The translations under genes and the position numbers were made by a program. The notes beneath the pieces were generated by a model. That model saw only the letters and a list, made by a program, of their open reading frames with translations, was not told where the DNA came from and searched no databases. Below are positions 33,415 to 42,431 of a stretch of 64,000 nucleotides of DNA, one piece after another (position 1 is the first letter of the stretch; the number at the start of each line of letters is the position of its first letter). This DNA comes from an uncultured Clostridiaceae bacterium. GTDB lineage: Bacteria > Bacillota > Clostridia > TANB77 > CAG-508. The DNA is taken from contig CANSJQ010000002.1 in assembly GCA_947647275.1 (NCBI GenBank), positions 5,795-69,794 of the forward strand, written 5' to 3'.

Positions 33415-34158
33415 TTATAATTTTACGCCAACTACTTTTCTAATATATGAATAAGAACTATTCCCCCATCCACTCTCATTACTATTTGTAGTCATCAAAA
33501 TAGAGTTAGTATCTATATCCATTTTGATAGTAGCCATTAAATAATTTGTTCCATGTGTATAATCAGCAATCATTTCATAAGACTCACTTGTATCAAAAAC
33601 TACATTTCCAATATTATTTGCTGCAGTATAATATACTAGTAAAAAATCATAATCTTTTATATTTTTTTCTAATTTAATATCTTGAGTTCCAGATTCATTA
33701 CTTGACCATAGTATTTCTTTTTTATCTTTAACATCTGCAACTTTTACTCCATTTATACTTGCCAATTGTAGTGATGAATTTATTTCAAATTCATATGGAT
33801 ATTTATTCAATTTTGTAAATATAGAATTTGGATTTTCTCCTACTTCATATTTTATACTTGCCATTTGGCTTTTTTCAGTTACATATGTTATTTCACTATC
33901 ATTTTTTAATATTTCTGATAATTCTTTTAATGTTGGCATTTTTTGCTTTTCAGCATAGTTATTCATTTGCGCTGTTGTTATTTTTAAGTTAATTATTTCT
34001 GTTGCTGTTTGTTTATTAGTTGCTTCTTTTGCATCATTTGCTCTTGTTAATATTCCATTATTTCCTAAACTTAAATATATTGCTAAACTTACTAATATTA
34101 TTAATACTACTATTGTTATTACTAATGATATTAGAGTTATTGCTTTTTCTTTTTTCAT
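33415..34158 (-). CDS. secreted/membrane-anchored protein with degenerate prepilin-like N-terminus (MKKEKAITLISLVITIVVLIIL); C-terminal domain unknown
   Basis: N-terminus resembles a class-III signal (KKGFTLIE...) with G to A and E to S substitutions. Paralogous N-terminus in 51634..53130. Confidence 0.5.
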   Translation of the reverse strand: MKKEKAITLISLVITIVVLIILVSLAIYLSLGNNGILTRANDAKEATNKQTATEIINLKITTAQMNNYAEKQKMPTLKELSEILKNDSEITYVTEKSQMASIKYEVGENPNSIFTKLNKYPYEFEINSSLQLASINGVKVADVKDKKEILWSSNESGTQDIKLEKNIKDYDFLLVYYTAANNIGNVVFDTSESYEMIADYTHGTNYLMATIKMDIDTNSILMTTNSNESGWGNSSYSYIRKVVGVKL

Positions 34159-34300
34159 TTGTATCCTCCTTTATGATACTTTTATTATAAAAGAATTATA
34201 TCTCCTATTATTTTTAAAGTCAATATTGCTCATGATACTTTCGTCATTCTTTCTTTTGTTTTTTGTATGACATAATTGTGTAATAATTTAAGATGGTTTT

Positions 34301-34483
34301 ATGATTAGAGAATATAGATTAAAAAATAAATTAACTCAAAAAGAACTTTCTGAAAGGCTTGACATTAGTTGGACTCACTTACAAAATTTAGAATATAATT
34401 AATAAAGTACAACAGCAAAAGCCTAAAAAAAGATTATTAATGTTTTAGATATTCCTAATGAAGAAATTATTAATTATTTATAA
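34301..34483 (+). pseudogene. decayed XRE-family HTH regulator (three in-frame TAA stops at 34400, 34403, 34424)
   Basis: MIREYRLKNKLTQKELSERLDISWTHLQNLEYN**...*KKIINVLDIPNEEIINYL*. An HTH_3 N-terminal half and typical C-terminal tail are in one frame, interrupted by nonsense codons. Divergent from the pilin-like gene, as the intact pair at 53237 is. Confidence 0.55.
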
Positions 34484-35181
34484 TCCTTTTCTAGCTTACT
34501 ATTTGTATATATTTTTGCGATTATTTCTAACTGTTTTTTGTTTTCTTCTGATATATTAAATGAATATAGTTTTTTTGCAGGTATCATACATATGTATTTT
34601 AGTGCATTTTTTGTAGATTCTGATATTACAATTGTCCCTGTGTCTTGTTTGCTACAATTTTCACATTTTAATCCATTATCTTTAAAACTAAAATAATTTA
34701 CTTCTTCTTTTTCACATATGCAACATTTATCTAACCTTGGTTTAAAACCTAATAAGCACATAAGCCTCATTTTGAATATTGATACTACAAATTTTAAGTC
34801 TATATCAGTTTCTGCAATTACATATAATGTATTTAAGTATAATTGCAAAATTTTATATGTATTTTGATTTTCATATGTTACATCTTGTATAATTTTTGTA
34901 ATTTGTGCTGCATAATTTAACTTATCTAGGTCAACTCTTAAATTATAAAATAACTCTATTGTGTCACATGAATTTAATGTATATGTATGTGAACCTTTAA
35001 ACATCATATATTCTGCAAAACATAGAAATTGCGTGCCTGCCATTAGTTGGCTTTTGGGCCTTCTTGCACCTTTGGCAGAACACGATATTTTTCCGTTTGG
35101 AGTTAGTATTGTTAGCATTTTATCAAAATCGCCCATATTATTTTCTGCAATTATTATCCCTTTTGTTTTTACTGTTCCCAT
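34474..35181 (-). CDS. recO: DNA repair protein RecO
   Basis: 235 aa; N-terminal OB-fold region and C-terminal Cys cluster (CxxC...CxxC); era-yqzL-recO synteny. Confidence 0.8.
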   Translation of the reverse strand: MGTVKTKGIIIAENNMGDFDKMLTILTPNGKISCSAKGARRPKSQLMAGTQFLCFAEYMMFKGSHTYTLNSCDTIELFYNLRVDLDKLNYAAQITKIIQDVTYENQNTYKILQLYLNTLYVIAETDIDLKFVVSIFKMRLMCLLGFKPRLDKCCICEKEEVNYFSFKDNGLKCENCSKQDTGTIVISESTKNALKYICMIPAKKLYSFNISEENKKQLEIIAKIYTNSKLEKDYK

Positions 35182-35191
35182 TTTTCACCTT

Positions 35192-35347
35192 TTATTGTAA
35201 ATTTTCTTTTATTTCTGTTATTAATTCATTTTCTGTTAATCTTTTTTTTTGTATATCTTTTTCTATGTTTTCTACTTTTGTTAATTCTAAGTATGAATCT
35301 ATACTTCCTGTATTTTTAAATGTATTCCATGCCATTTGTTTTATCAT
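35192..35347 (-). CDS. yqzL: YqzL-family small protein (51 aa)
   Basis: MIKQMAWNTFKNTGSIDSYLELTKVENIEKDIQKKRLTENELITEIKENLQ; AGGGTGA RBS; conserved position between era and recO in Firmicutes; missed by the ORF track. Confidence 0.6.
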   Translation of the reverse strand: MIKQMAWNTFKNTGSIDSYLELTKVENIEKDIQKKRLTENELITEIKENLQ

Positions 35348-35412
35348 AAGAATTCACCCTCTCTTTTGTCATTTCTTAATGTTATTTTTATCCTTTTTAA
35401 ATATTTTATTCA

Positions 35413-36321
35413 TTAATTTAATTTAAATTTTTTAATAATTGAATCATTATTAATCCAATCTTCTTTTACTTTTACCCAAATTTTCAAATTAACTTTTGTT
35501 CCTAACATATTTTCTAAATCTTTTCTGGCATATGTTCCTATTTTTTTTAACATACTCCCATTTTTTCCTATTATTATTCCTTTATGAGAATTTCTTAAAC
35601 AATAAATGATAGCTTCTACATCATATATTTCTTCTTTCTCTTTAGTTCTTCTAAATTTCATTTTTTCAGTTTCTATATATAATCCGTGTGGTACTTCATC
35701 ATCTAAAAATTTTAATGCTTTTTCTCTAATTACTTCTTCTACTAGTTGCCTTGAAGTCTGGTCAGTATATTCTTCTATATCATAATATGCAGGCCCTTCT
35801 TTTAAGTTTTTTTCTATTTCTTTTATAATCAATTCTGTATTTTCTTTTTTGGTTGCTGATACTGGTATTACTGCTGCATAATTATATTCTTTTCTATACA
35901 ATTCAATTAAGTGTAATAGTTCTTCTTTATTTTTTACCATATCTATTTTGTTTATTATTAGTATTGTTTTTCTTTTTGCCTCTTTTATTTTTTCTAAAAT
36001 TTTCGAATCTCCGCGTCCTATCTCTTTTGATGTTCCATCTATTACAAATAAAATAACATCTACATCTCCTATAAAATTAAAAGCTGTATCTAACATTGTT
36101 TCATTTAGTTTTGTTTTTGGCTTATGAATTCCTGGTGTATCTATTATTACTATTTGTGAATTTTCTCTATTTACTACCCCTCTTATTGCAGTTCTTGTGG
36201 TTTGTGTTTTGTTTGCAACTGCTGCTACTTTTTCGCCAACTAATGCATTTACTATTGTCGATTTTCCTACATTTGTTCTTCCTATAATTGAAACAAACCC
36301 TGATTTGAATATTTCACTCAT
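35413..36321 (-). CDS. era: GTPase Era
   Basis: G1 GRTNVGKST, G3 DTPG, G4 NKID, C-terminal KH domain; AGGAGG RBS. Confidence 0.9.
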   Translation of the reverse strand: MSEIFKSGFVSIIGRTNVGKSTIVNALVGEKVAAVANKTQTTRTAIRGVVNRENSQIVIIDTPGIHKPKTKLNETMLDTAFNFIGDVDVILFVIDGTSKEIGRGDSKILEKIKEAKRKTILIINKIDMVKNKEELLHLIELYRKEYNYAAVIPVSATKKENTELIIKEIEKNLKEGPAYYDIEEYTDQTSRQLVEEVIREKALKFLDDEVPHGLYIETEKMKFRRTKEKEEIYDVEAIIYCLRNSHKGIIIGKNGSMLKKIGTYARKDLENMLGTKVNLKIWVKVKEDWINNDSIIKKFKLN

Positions 36322-36340
36322 TTTTTCCTCCTAGTTTCTA

Positions 36341-36389
36341 TTGTCCCATTGGGGACGTTTTTAAATGGGTAATCTGTCCCTAATGGAAC
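36341..36389 (+). repeat. Family-C element (tgtcccattggggacg...tgtccctaatggaac) at or just after the predicted era transcription start
   Basis: On the minus strand the -10 TATAAT (36397-36402) with -35 TTCTAC at 17-nt spacing lies just upstream of the element. Near-identical to 58121-58168 in the opposite absolute orientation. Confidence 0.7.
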
Positions 36390-36671
36390 ACATTATATTA
36401 TATATAAGTAGCTAAATTTGTAGAATTTAGTGTTATATTTTATTTTTTTATATTATAGCATATGCAAACAAAAAAAGGAACTAATTTTTATATGTTCCTT
36501 TAATCTTTAGCTTAGTTTTAGTATTCTCTTCTTAGTTTAATATATTGCTAATGCTATTTTTGCACTAATTTCTTCGAAGAGTGGATAATTATAGTTTATT
36601 TATAAATTAAATTATTTTCATAGAATACAAATTAAAATAAAGACGACTTTTTAGGTCGCCTTTGTTTAATT

Positions 36672-37745
36672 TTATTCTATTACATTTGTTGTTGTTTCTG
36701 CTACTGCTTCGCCTGGTTCAAATTTTACTTTTGAGTCGATTGGGCATATTTGGAAGAATGTATTTCCATCATTTACTTCTATCTCTTTTCCATTTAAGTC
36801 TTTATATACTGTTTGTCCTGCTCTTGATGTCTTTTCACATATTATTTTTATTGCTTTTCCATTTGTTATATAATAACCATCTAATGTTTTTACATTATCT
36901 AATGTTTGTCTATCTTTATTTTCTCCATCATTTAGTCTAGTATTTTTAGCAAAAGTTATTATTATATTTTTTGTTGTTACAGTTTTATTTGTATCCCAAT
37001 CAACTTGTTTTTCTCCTCTTGAATATCTTACATATGTTTTTGTATCTTCATCATATTCATATTTTACTGTGTTACTTGTTGAGTATGGTATTGTAACTGT
37101 ATTTGCAATTATATTGCTATCCAAATCAAATTCTTCTCCAACATAATTTAGTACACTTTCTTTATCTGAAGTTACTCTATAATCTTTTCTGTTTGCTATT
37201 TCTAATATTTTCTTTGTATTTGTTACTGCATTATGTGGTGCATATTTATCTTTTACTCTCCAGAAATCTTTTTCACTTTCATATATTCCATTTATATTAT
37301 TTACACCTAATTTTGCTATATCATTTTTAGCTTGTGGGCTAAACCCAAAATGCACATATATTGCATCATTTTCTAATGCATAATCTAAGAAATAATGTCT
37401 TGAACTTCTTATTGGACCTACTTTTTCTAAGTCTTGCCCTTTATATAACGCCATTAGCCTTGTTTCTCCACCTTCAACTATTATTTCATATACTGCATAT
37501 GCCTTACTTATATTAGCTTGTGGCATTGCATCTTTGTGATTGTCTATCATTACTGCTATTGGTCTATCTGTACCTTTAAATGTTTGTGGCTCTTTTATTT
37601 CTACAACTGTTTTTCCTTGTTTTTCTTCTTTTCCTGTTTCTACTACATCTTTATTATTTACAACTTTAATTGCAAATAATACGGCTGCTATTATTACTAC
37701 TATTACTAATATCGCTACTAAAAATTTTACACCTTTTGATTTCAT
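36672..37745 (-). CDS. secreted/lipoprotein-like protein, hypothetical (possibly DUF3048/YerB-like)
   Basis: N-terminal signal anchor; no catalytic motifs I can name; the family call is tentative. Confidence 0.4.
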   Translation of the reverse strand: MKSKGVKFLVAILVIVVIIAAVLFAIKVVNNKDVVETGKEEKQGKTVVEIKEPQTFKGTDRPIAVMIDNHKDAMPQANISKAYAVYEIIVEGGETRLMALYKGQDLEKVGPIRSSRHYFLDYALENDAIYVHFGFSPQAKNDIAKLGVNNINGIYESEKDFWRVKDKYAPHNAVTNTKKILEIANRKDYRVTSDKESVLNYVGEEFDLDSNIIANTVTIPYSTSNTVKYEYDEDTKTYVRYSRGEKQVDWDTNKTVTTKNIIITFAKNTRLNDGENKDRQTLDNVKTLDGYYITNGKAIKIICEKTSRAGQTVYKDLNGKEIEVNDGNTFFQICPIDSKVKFEPGEAVAETTTNVIE

Positions 37746-37747
37746 TT

Positions 37748-38233
37748 TTATATCCTTTCTATTTTTAATTCACTTAATATTTTTTCTTCTTTTGATCGCA
37801 TTTCCTTTTTATCTTCTTCCTCTATATGATCATACCCCATTAAGTGGTAGAAACCATGAACTAACATATAAGATAATTCTCTTTCAAAACTATGTCCATA
37901 CTCTTTTGCTTGCTCTTTAACTCTTTCTACTGAAATTATAATATCTCCTATAGTTTCCTTTACTATTTGCTTTTCCTTATTTTTAACAATTTTATCTATC
38001 TCATTTTTTTCAAACATTGGAAAAGAAAGTACATCTGTTTCTTTATCTATGCTTCTATATTCATTATTTAGTTTTCTTATTATAGTTGGAGAAGTTAATG
38101 TTATACTTATGTATAAATTTAAACTCTTTAAATTTTCTTTTTCAAAGCATTTGTTTAATACTTGTACTATTTTATTTTCATATTCTTCATTTTCTTGTAT
38201 GCATTCCCAATTAATTTCTACTAACTCTTGCAT
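37748..38233 (-). CDS. ybeY: rRNA maturation endoribonuclease YbeY
   Basis: Metal-binding HGFYHLMGYDH motif. Confidence 0.85.
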   Translation of the reverse strand: MQELVEINWECIQENEEYENKIVQVLNKCFEKENLKSLNLYISITLTSPTIIRKLNNEYRSIDKETDVLSFPMFEKNEIDKIVKNKEKQIVKETIGDIIISVERVKEQAKEYGHSFERELSYMLVHGFYHLMGYDHIEEEDKKEMRSKEEKILSELKIERI

Positions 38234-39426
38234 AAAATATTCCTTCCTATATAACTACCCTTTGATGCACATTTATTTTTTAACTGTTTCATAGCTCCTA
38301 AAGAAACTAATTTATTTTTGTAAAATTCTATTATCCTATAATATCTTGTTTCATTGTTGTATACTTCTTTTAAATCACTTTTTATAAATAATATTTCTTT
38401 TTCTTTCATTTTTTCTTCTTTATTTTCAATGTTCTTTATTATCTTATATTTATCCCAAAACGCCTTATATTGTTCTCTTTTCTCTGGCTTGTCCCAATAT
38501 ACTTTTGTAGAAAGTAATTTCAAATTATATTCTTCTATTAATTTTATTAATAATGTATATGCTTTTTCCCTTTTCTTTGATATTTTAGTATCAATTATTA
38601 ATGTCCTTACATCCTTTAATAGTTTTACATAGCATTGCTCTGCCACAACTAGTGGCAAGCTATGTGTGAATAGTTTTCTGCTTAATGCTATTAAAATCAT
38701 TCTCTTTTCTATTATTTCATTTTGATCTAACTTTCCAACAGTATAATTTTCATATCTACTATATTCTTCTATTATTTGTTTATAATTTTTATCTCCACTA
38801 ATCTCTAATTTTATTGGTAAAATACTTATGATATATTCTTCTAACAGTGAAAATATCTTTTCATATATTATATCTTTATTTTGAAAAGATACACTATCAG
38901 CAAGTTTTATAGAAAAATGTTTTAATAAACCTTTATATAAACTATCCATTTTTGTAACATAGAATTTTTTATATTTTTCTATTAATTTTGTTTTATTTGA
39001 TTCTAATAAAGTTTGATAATCTAATTCTAATAAGTATTTTTGTTTTCTATATTTATATTCTAAATATTCTGTATCTTTTATTTTTATTACATTATAATAT
39101 TTTGATAAAGCATCTTTTTCAAACTCTGATGCATCACCACTTTTTACTTTTTTATATATTGAATCCATTATATTTTTATCAATTGCCTCTAAATATAAAC
39201 TATATATTTCTTCATATTTTTTTTCTAAAATTTCTTTTTTATTTGTATTTTCTTCCTTTTCCATTTGTTCAAATGCTTCATAACATTTTAGTATGTTATT
39301 TCTTTTCATAGTGATAATCATACTATTTATTCCAATTTTTGTAGGAATCATCATTTTTGTTAAAGTATTTGTTAATCTTGTAAAAAATGTTTTATCTGCA
39401 TAGACTCTTAGGCTTCTTTCTTCCAT
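38221..39426 (-). CDS. Lys/Glu-rich helical hypothetical protein (401 aa)
   Basis: No Walker motifs, so it is not PhoH, which occupies this position in the B. subtilis yqfCD-phoH-ybeY cluster. Confidence 0.4.
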   Translation of the reverse strand: MEERSLRVYADKTFFTRLTNTLTKMMIPTKIGINSMIITMKRNNILKCYEAFEQMEKEENTNKKEILEKKYEEIYSLYLEAIDKNIMDSIYKKVKSGDASEFEKDALSKYYNVIKIKDTEYLEYKYRKQKYLLELDYQTLLESNKTKLIEKYKKFYVTKMDSLYKGLLKHFSIKLADSVSFQNKDIIYEKIFSLLEEYIISILPIKLEISGDKNYKQIIEEYSRYENYTVGKLDQNEIIEKRMILIALSRKLFTHSLPLVVAEQCYVKLLKDVRTLIIDTKISKKREKAYTLLIKLIEEYNLKLLSTKVYWDKPEKREQYKAFWDKYKIIKNIENKEEKMKEKEILFIKSDLKEVYNNETRYYRIIEFYKNKLVSLGAMKQLKNKCASKGSYIGRNILCKS

Positions 39427-39439
39427 AATATCAGTCCTT

Positions 39440-40624
39440 TCAAAATACTATTTTTTCTTTTGTCCCAATTTCTTCTAATACTTCATATGTTACTTCTACT
39501 TCTACAAACTCTTCTTGCTCATTATAGTTTATATATGTATTTACAACATCATTTTTATTTGGTATTTGTTTTTCTAAAACTTCTTGGGCTTTTTTAGCTC
39601 CTATTTCTTTTGCCTCTTCTATACTATATTCTAAGTTTTCCTCACTATATTCGCAATTTGTTTTCTTTAATACTTCAATAGGCAAATAGAAATCAGAGAA
39701 TAGTTTTATTTTTTTATTTTCTTCTATTGTATCATACTTTTTAAATTTTGAAAGAGTTTTATAAAAATTTATTTGAAAATTATTTATCTTTACGGAATAT
39801 CTATTTTCTTTATTTCCTGTTTGCTTATTTTTTACTTGTTTTAATTCTATTTTTTCTTTTTGACTATACCATACTTTTGCCTTTACATCGCCATTTGCAT
39901 GCACATATCTTATTCCTGTATATTTACCTTCAAGCCATCCCCCAACTAATATAGTACCTTCTTTTATTGTATCACCTTCTTTTACTAGGGGAGTACCATT
40001 TAAGGCATTCACTTTTACAATAATTCCTGGTTTAGTTGCAACTATATTACAATATTCTTCTTCATTTATAATATCTGGCTTTTTATCTGCTTCTACTATT
40101 TTAACAATAGCATTTGTACCTTTTAGTTCTATTCCAATCCATGCTAAATCATTTCTTTCTAAACGCATTTTACTTATAATTTGTTTTGTATTAATTTTTC
40201 CTTTCAATTTTCCAACTTTCAAACCTTCTTGCTCTAAACTTTTAACTATCTCCTCTTTTGAAATATTTACATTTCCAGTAACATCTATATTCCAAACAAA
40301 GTTTGATAAAGAAATAATACTTACAGTAAGAACAAAAAGAAAAATAAAGAAGATTTTTCTTTTTTTATACTTATTAAAGATAAAAGGAAGTCCCTTTTTG
40401 TTCTTTATTTTTATTTTACATTTAGAGTTTTTAGCTATTTTTCTTACTTTTCTAAAATTGTTAATTCCTATATTACAATATACTAATGTAGATTTTGTTC
40501 TTTTAATATTCCATAAAAATATATTTTTAGCTATACATGTATTTATAAATTTCTCAACAAAATAACCCTCTATTTCAATATTTAAATACCCTAATATATA
40601 GTTTAAAAATATTTTTACGTACAA
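39440..40624 (-). CDS. yqfD: sporulation protein YqfD
   Basis: 394 aa with TM segment and YqfD-like C-terminal domain; TTG start with AGGAGGAG RBS; follows the yqfC-like gene. Confidence 0.7.
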   Translation of the reverse strand: MYVKIFLNYILGYLNIEIEGYFVEKFINTCIAKNIFLWNIKRTKSTLVYCNIGINNFRKVRKIAKNSKCKIKIKNKKGLPFIFNKYKKRKIFFIFLFVLTVSIISLSNFVWNIDVTGNVNISKEEIVKSLEQEGLKVGKLKGKINTKQIISKMRLERNDLAWIGIELKGTNAIVKIVEADKKPDIINEEEYCNIVATKPGIIVKVNALNGTPLVKEGDTIKEGTILVGGWLEGKYTGIRYVHANGDVKAKVWYSQKEKIELKQVKNKQTGNKENRYSVKINNFQINFYKTLSKFKKYDTIEENKKIKLFSDFYLPIEVLKKTNCEYSEENLEYSIEEAKEIGAKKAQEVLEKQIPNKNDVVNTYINYNEQEEFVEVEVTYEVLEEIGTKEKIVF

Positions 40625-40663
40625 ACTTATCTCCTCCTATTAAATTTTTCTATCAAAATTCAA

Positions 40664-40708
40664 AAGGGACGGCCTTTTTTTGCAAAAATTTGCCAAGAGG
40701 GACGCCCT
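40664..40708 (+). repeat. Family-C2 palindromic element gggacggcc-ttttttt-gcaaaaatttgccaa-gagggacgccc
   Basis: Inverted copy at 41153-41213; contains the perfect palindrome tttttgcaaaaa. Confidence 0.65.
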
Positions 40709-40818
40709 CATAAAATCAAGTTGGCTGTAAATATTTTTTGAATAATTTAAGTGTTTTTCAAAAAAATAATTTAATATTGGTTATATTTTTTACCAAAAAG
40801 TGCCTACCTTTTGGTAGA

Positions 40819-41109
40819 TTATTCCTCGATAATTTCAAAATCTATTGTTTCTATTTTTCCTGTAATCATTAGATCATCAGATGTCATTTCATTTAATTTT
40901 AAGTTGAAACCATTTATATTTATAATTCCTGAGTATGTACTTATTCGTATAAAAAATTCTTGATATTCTAAAATACCTTTATAGTTTTCTACTAACATTT
41001 CGTTAAAGCTTACTATTGTTATTTTAGGTTCTGTTGATGATAATTCTTTTGGAATTTCTAGTAATCTCTCAAATTTATTTTGGTATTTCTGCTTTTTATT
41101 TCTTTTCAT
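40819..41109 (-). CDS. yqfC: YqfC/YabP-family sporulation protein
   Basis: ...ITIVSFNEMLVENYKGILEYQEFFIRISTYSGIININGFNLKLNEMTSDDLMITGKIETIDF matches the YabP/YqfC fold. The ORF-track N-terminal extension (to 41229) is the translated repeat; the start at 41109 has a GAAGGGA RBS, with 41145 as an alternative. Confidence 0.65.
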   Translation of the reverse strand: MKRNKKQKYQNKFERLLEIPKELSSTEPKITIVSFNEMLVENYKGILEYQEFFIRISTYSGIININGFNLKLNEMTSDDLMITGKIETIDFEIIEE

Positions 41110-41152
41110 ATATAATATTTTCCCTTCTATTAATAATATCTTCATATTATTA

Positions 41153-41213
41153 AAAGGGTGTCCCTTTTGGCAGATTTTTGCTAAAAAAGGCCGTCCCTTT
41201 TGGCAGACTTTGA
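41153..41213 (-). repeat. Family-C2 element (inverted copy) between pdaA-like stop and yqfC start
   Basis: Its revcomp aligns with 40664-40708. Confidence 0.65.
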
Positions 41214-41218
41214 TCAAG

Positions 41219-42025
41219 TTATCTTGCAAAATTATCTAATGTGTGAAACTCGTATCCCATATTTTTTATTTCTTTTATGCAATAATCTAATACATTGGTA
41301 TTATCTTTTGAGTTTCCATGTAGTAGTATTACTGCTCCATTATGTATGTTATCTAATATTTTCTTTTTCGCATATTCTTCTCTTCCTTGTTTATTTTCAT
41401 CCCAATCATCATATGCAAATGACCACATTACTGTTGTATATCCTAGTGTATTACAATAATTTACGCTTGATTCACTATATTCTCCTTTTGGTGGTCTTAT
41501 GTATTTCATTTCATAACCAAATTTATTATAAATAGCTGTATGTAAATTCATAACTTCGTCTTTTATTTGTTCACTATTTAAACTTGGCATACTTTTATGG
41601 TTTACTGTATGATTTCCTATTGTATGACCGTCATTAATCATTTTTTGCACTAAATCAGGATTTGTATTCACATAATGAGCTGTTATAAAAAAACATGCTT
41701 TAACTTCATTTTGTTTTAGTGCTTCTAATATTTTTTCAGTATAGCCTGCTTCATATCCCTCATCAAATGTTAAATATACTTTTTTTAGTTCTTTATTTCC
41801 TATTGCTATTCCTTTGGCTTCATCTATTATTTTTTTATTTAAATAACCTAAATCTGGCTGTTCATGATTATTGTTTCTTTTTATTCCCCATTCTATTTTT
41901 TTATTACTTAAATTAGCTGTATTTGCACTTGTTTGTACTATACTTTCATTATTTTTTAGTCCCGTTATGATAATTCCAATTACAAATATAATAACTACTA
42001 TAAATATTTTCTTTGTTTTTTCCAC
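41219..42025 (-). CDS. polysaccharide deacetylase (NodB family; PdaA/PdaB-like sporulation deacetylase)
   Basis: TFDEGY, HTIGNHTVNH motifs; GTG start with AGGAGGT RBS; N-terminal signal anchor. Confidence 0.75.
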   Translation of the reverse strand: MEKTKKIFIVVIIFVIGIIITGLKNNESIVQTSANTANLSNKKIEWGIKRNNNHEQPDLGYLNKKIIDEAKGIAIGNKELKKVYLTFDEGYEAGYTEKILEALKQNEVKACFFITAHYVNTNPDLVQKMINDGHTIGNHTVNHKSMPSLNSEQIKDEVMNLHTAIYNKFGYEMKYIRPPKGEYSESSVNYCNTLGYTTVMWSFAYDDWDENKQGREEYAKKKILDNIHNGAVILLHGNSKDNTNVLDYCIKEIKNMGYEFHTLDNFAR

Positions 42026-42323
42026 TATTATTACCTCCTAATATTTATATTTGTTTATTGTTTAATAATATGTATATGTTTTTTGTATTATGCATATTTC
42101 TATATCTATTATATTTAATCCCTTTTCTTAATTATAATTTTTTATATAAGTTATTATTTGTATTAATTTACATTTGAATATTTTTTGTTTTTTCTGTTAG
42201 TAGCATAATACTATATTTTAACTTATGTGTTAATTTTTTTTGCTTTTTCTATTTAATTTTTTCTTGCTTTTTGTACATATCTGCACATTTCGACATTTTT
42301 ATTTTTTTTAACCTATTTTTCTA

Positions 42324-42352
42324 TTGACATTATACAATTTTTAGTTTATTAT
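42324..42352 (+). promoter_or_regulatory. candidate sigma-A promoter for the agrA/agrC-like operon (-35 TTGACA, 17 nt, -10 TATTAT)
   Basis: Read directly; lies 80 nt upstream of the ATG at 42432. Confidence 0.35.
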
Positions 42353-42431
42353 TGGAATTAATTGGAAATAATGCCTTATGTTATTGTTTTGCTTGGCATT
42401 TATTTTTTCAATTCACACGGAGGATAAAGAT

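Noticed and set aside
40819-41229. N-terminal 40-aa extension of the yqfC-like ORF (MQDNLIKVCQKGRPFLAKICQKGHPFNN...)
   Set aside because: The extension is the translated C2 palindromic element. A better RBS precedes the internal Met at 41109
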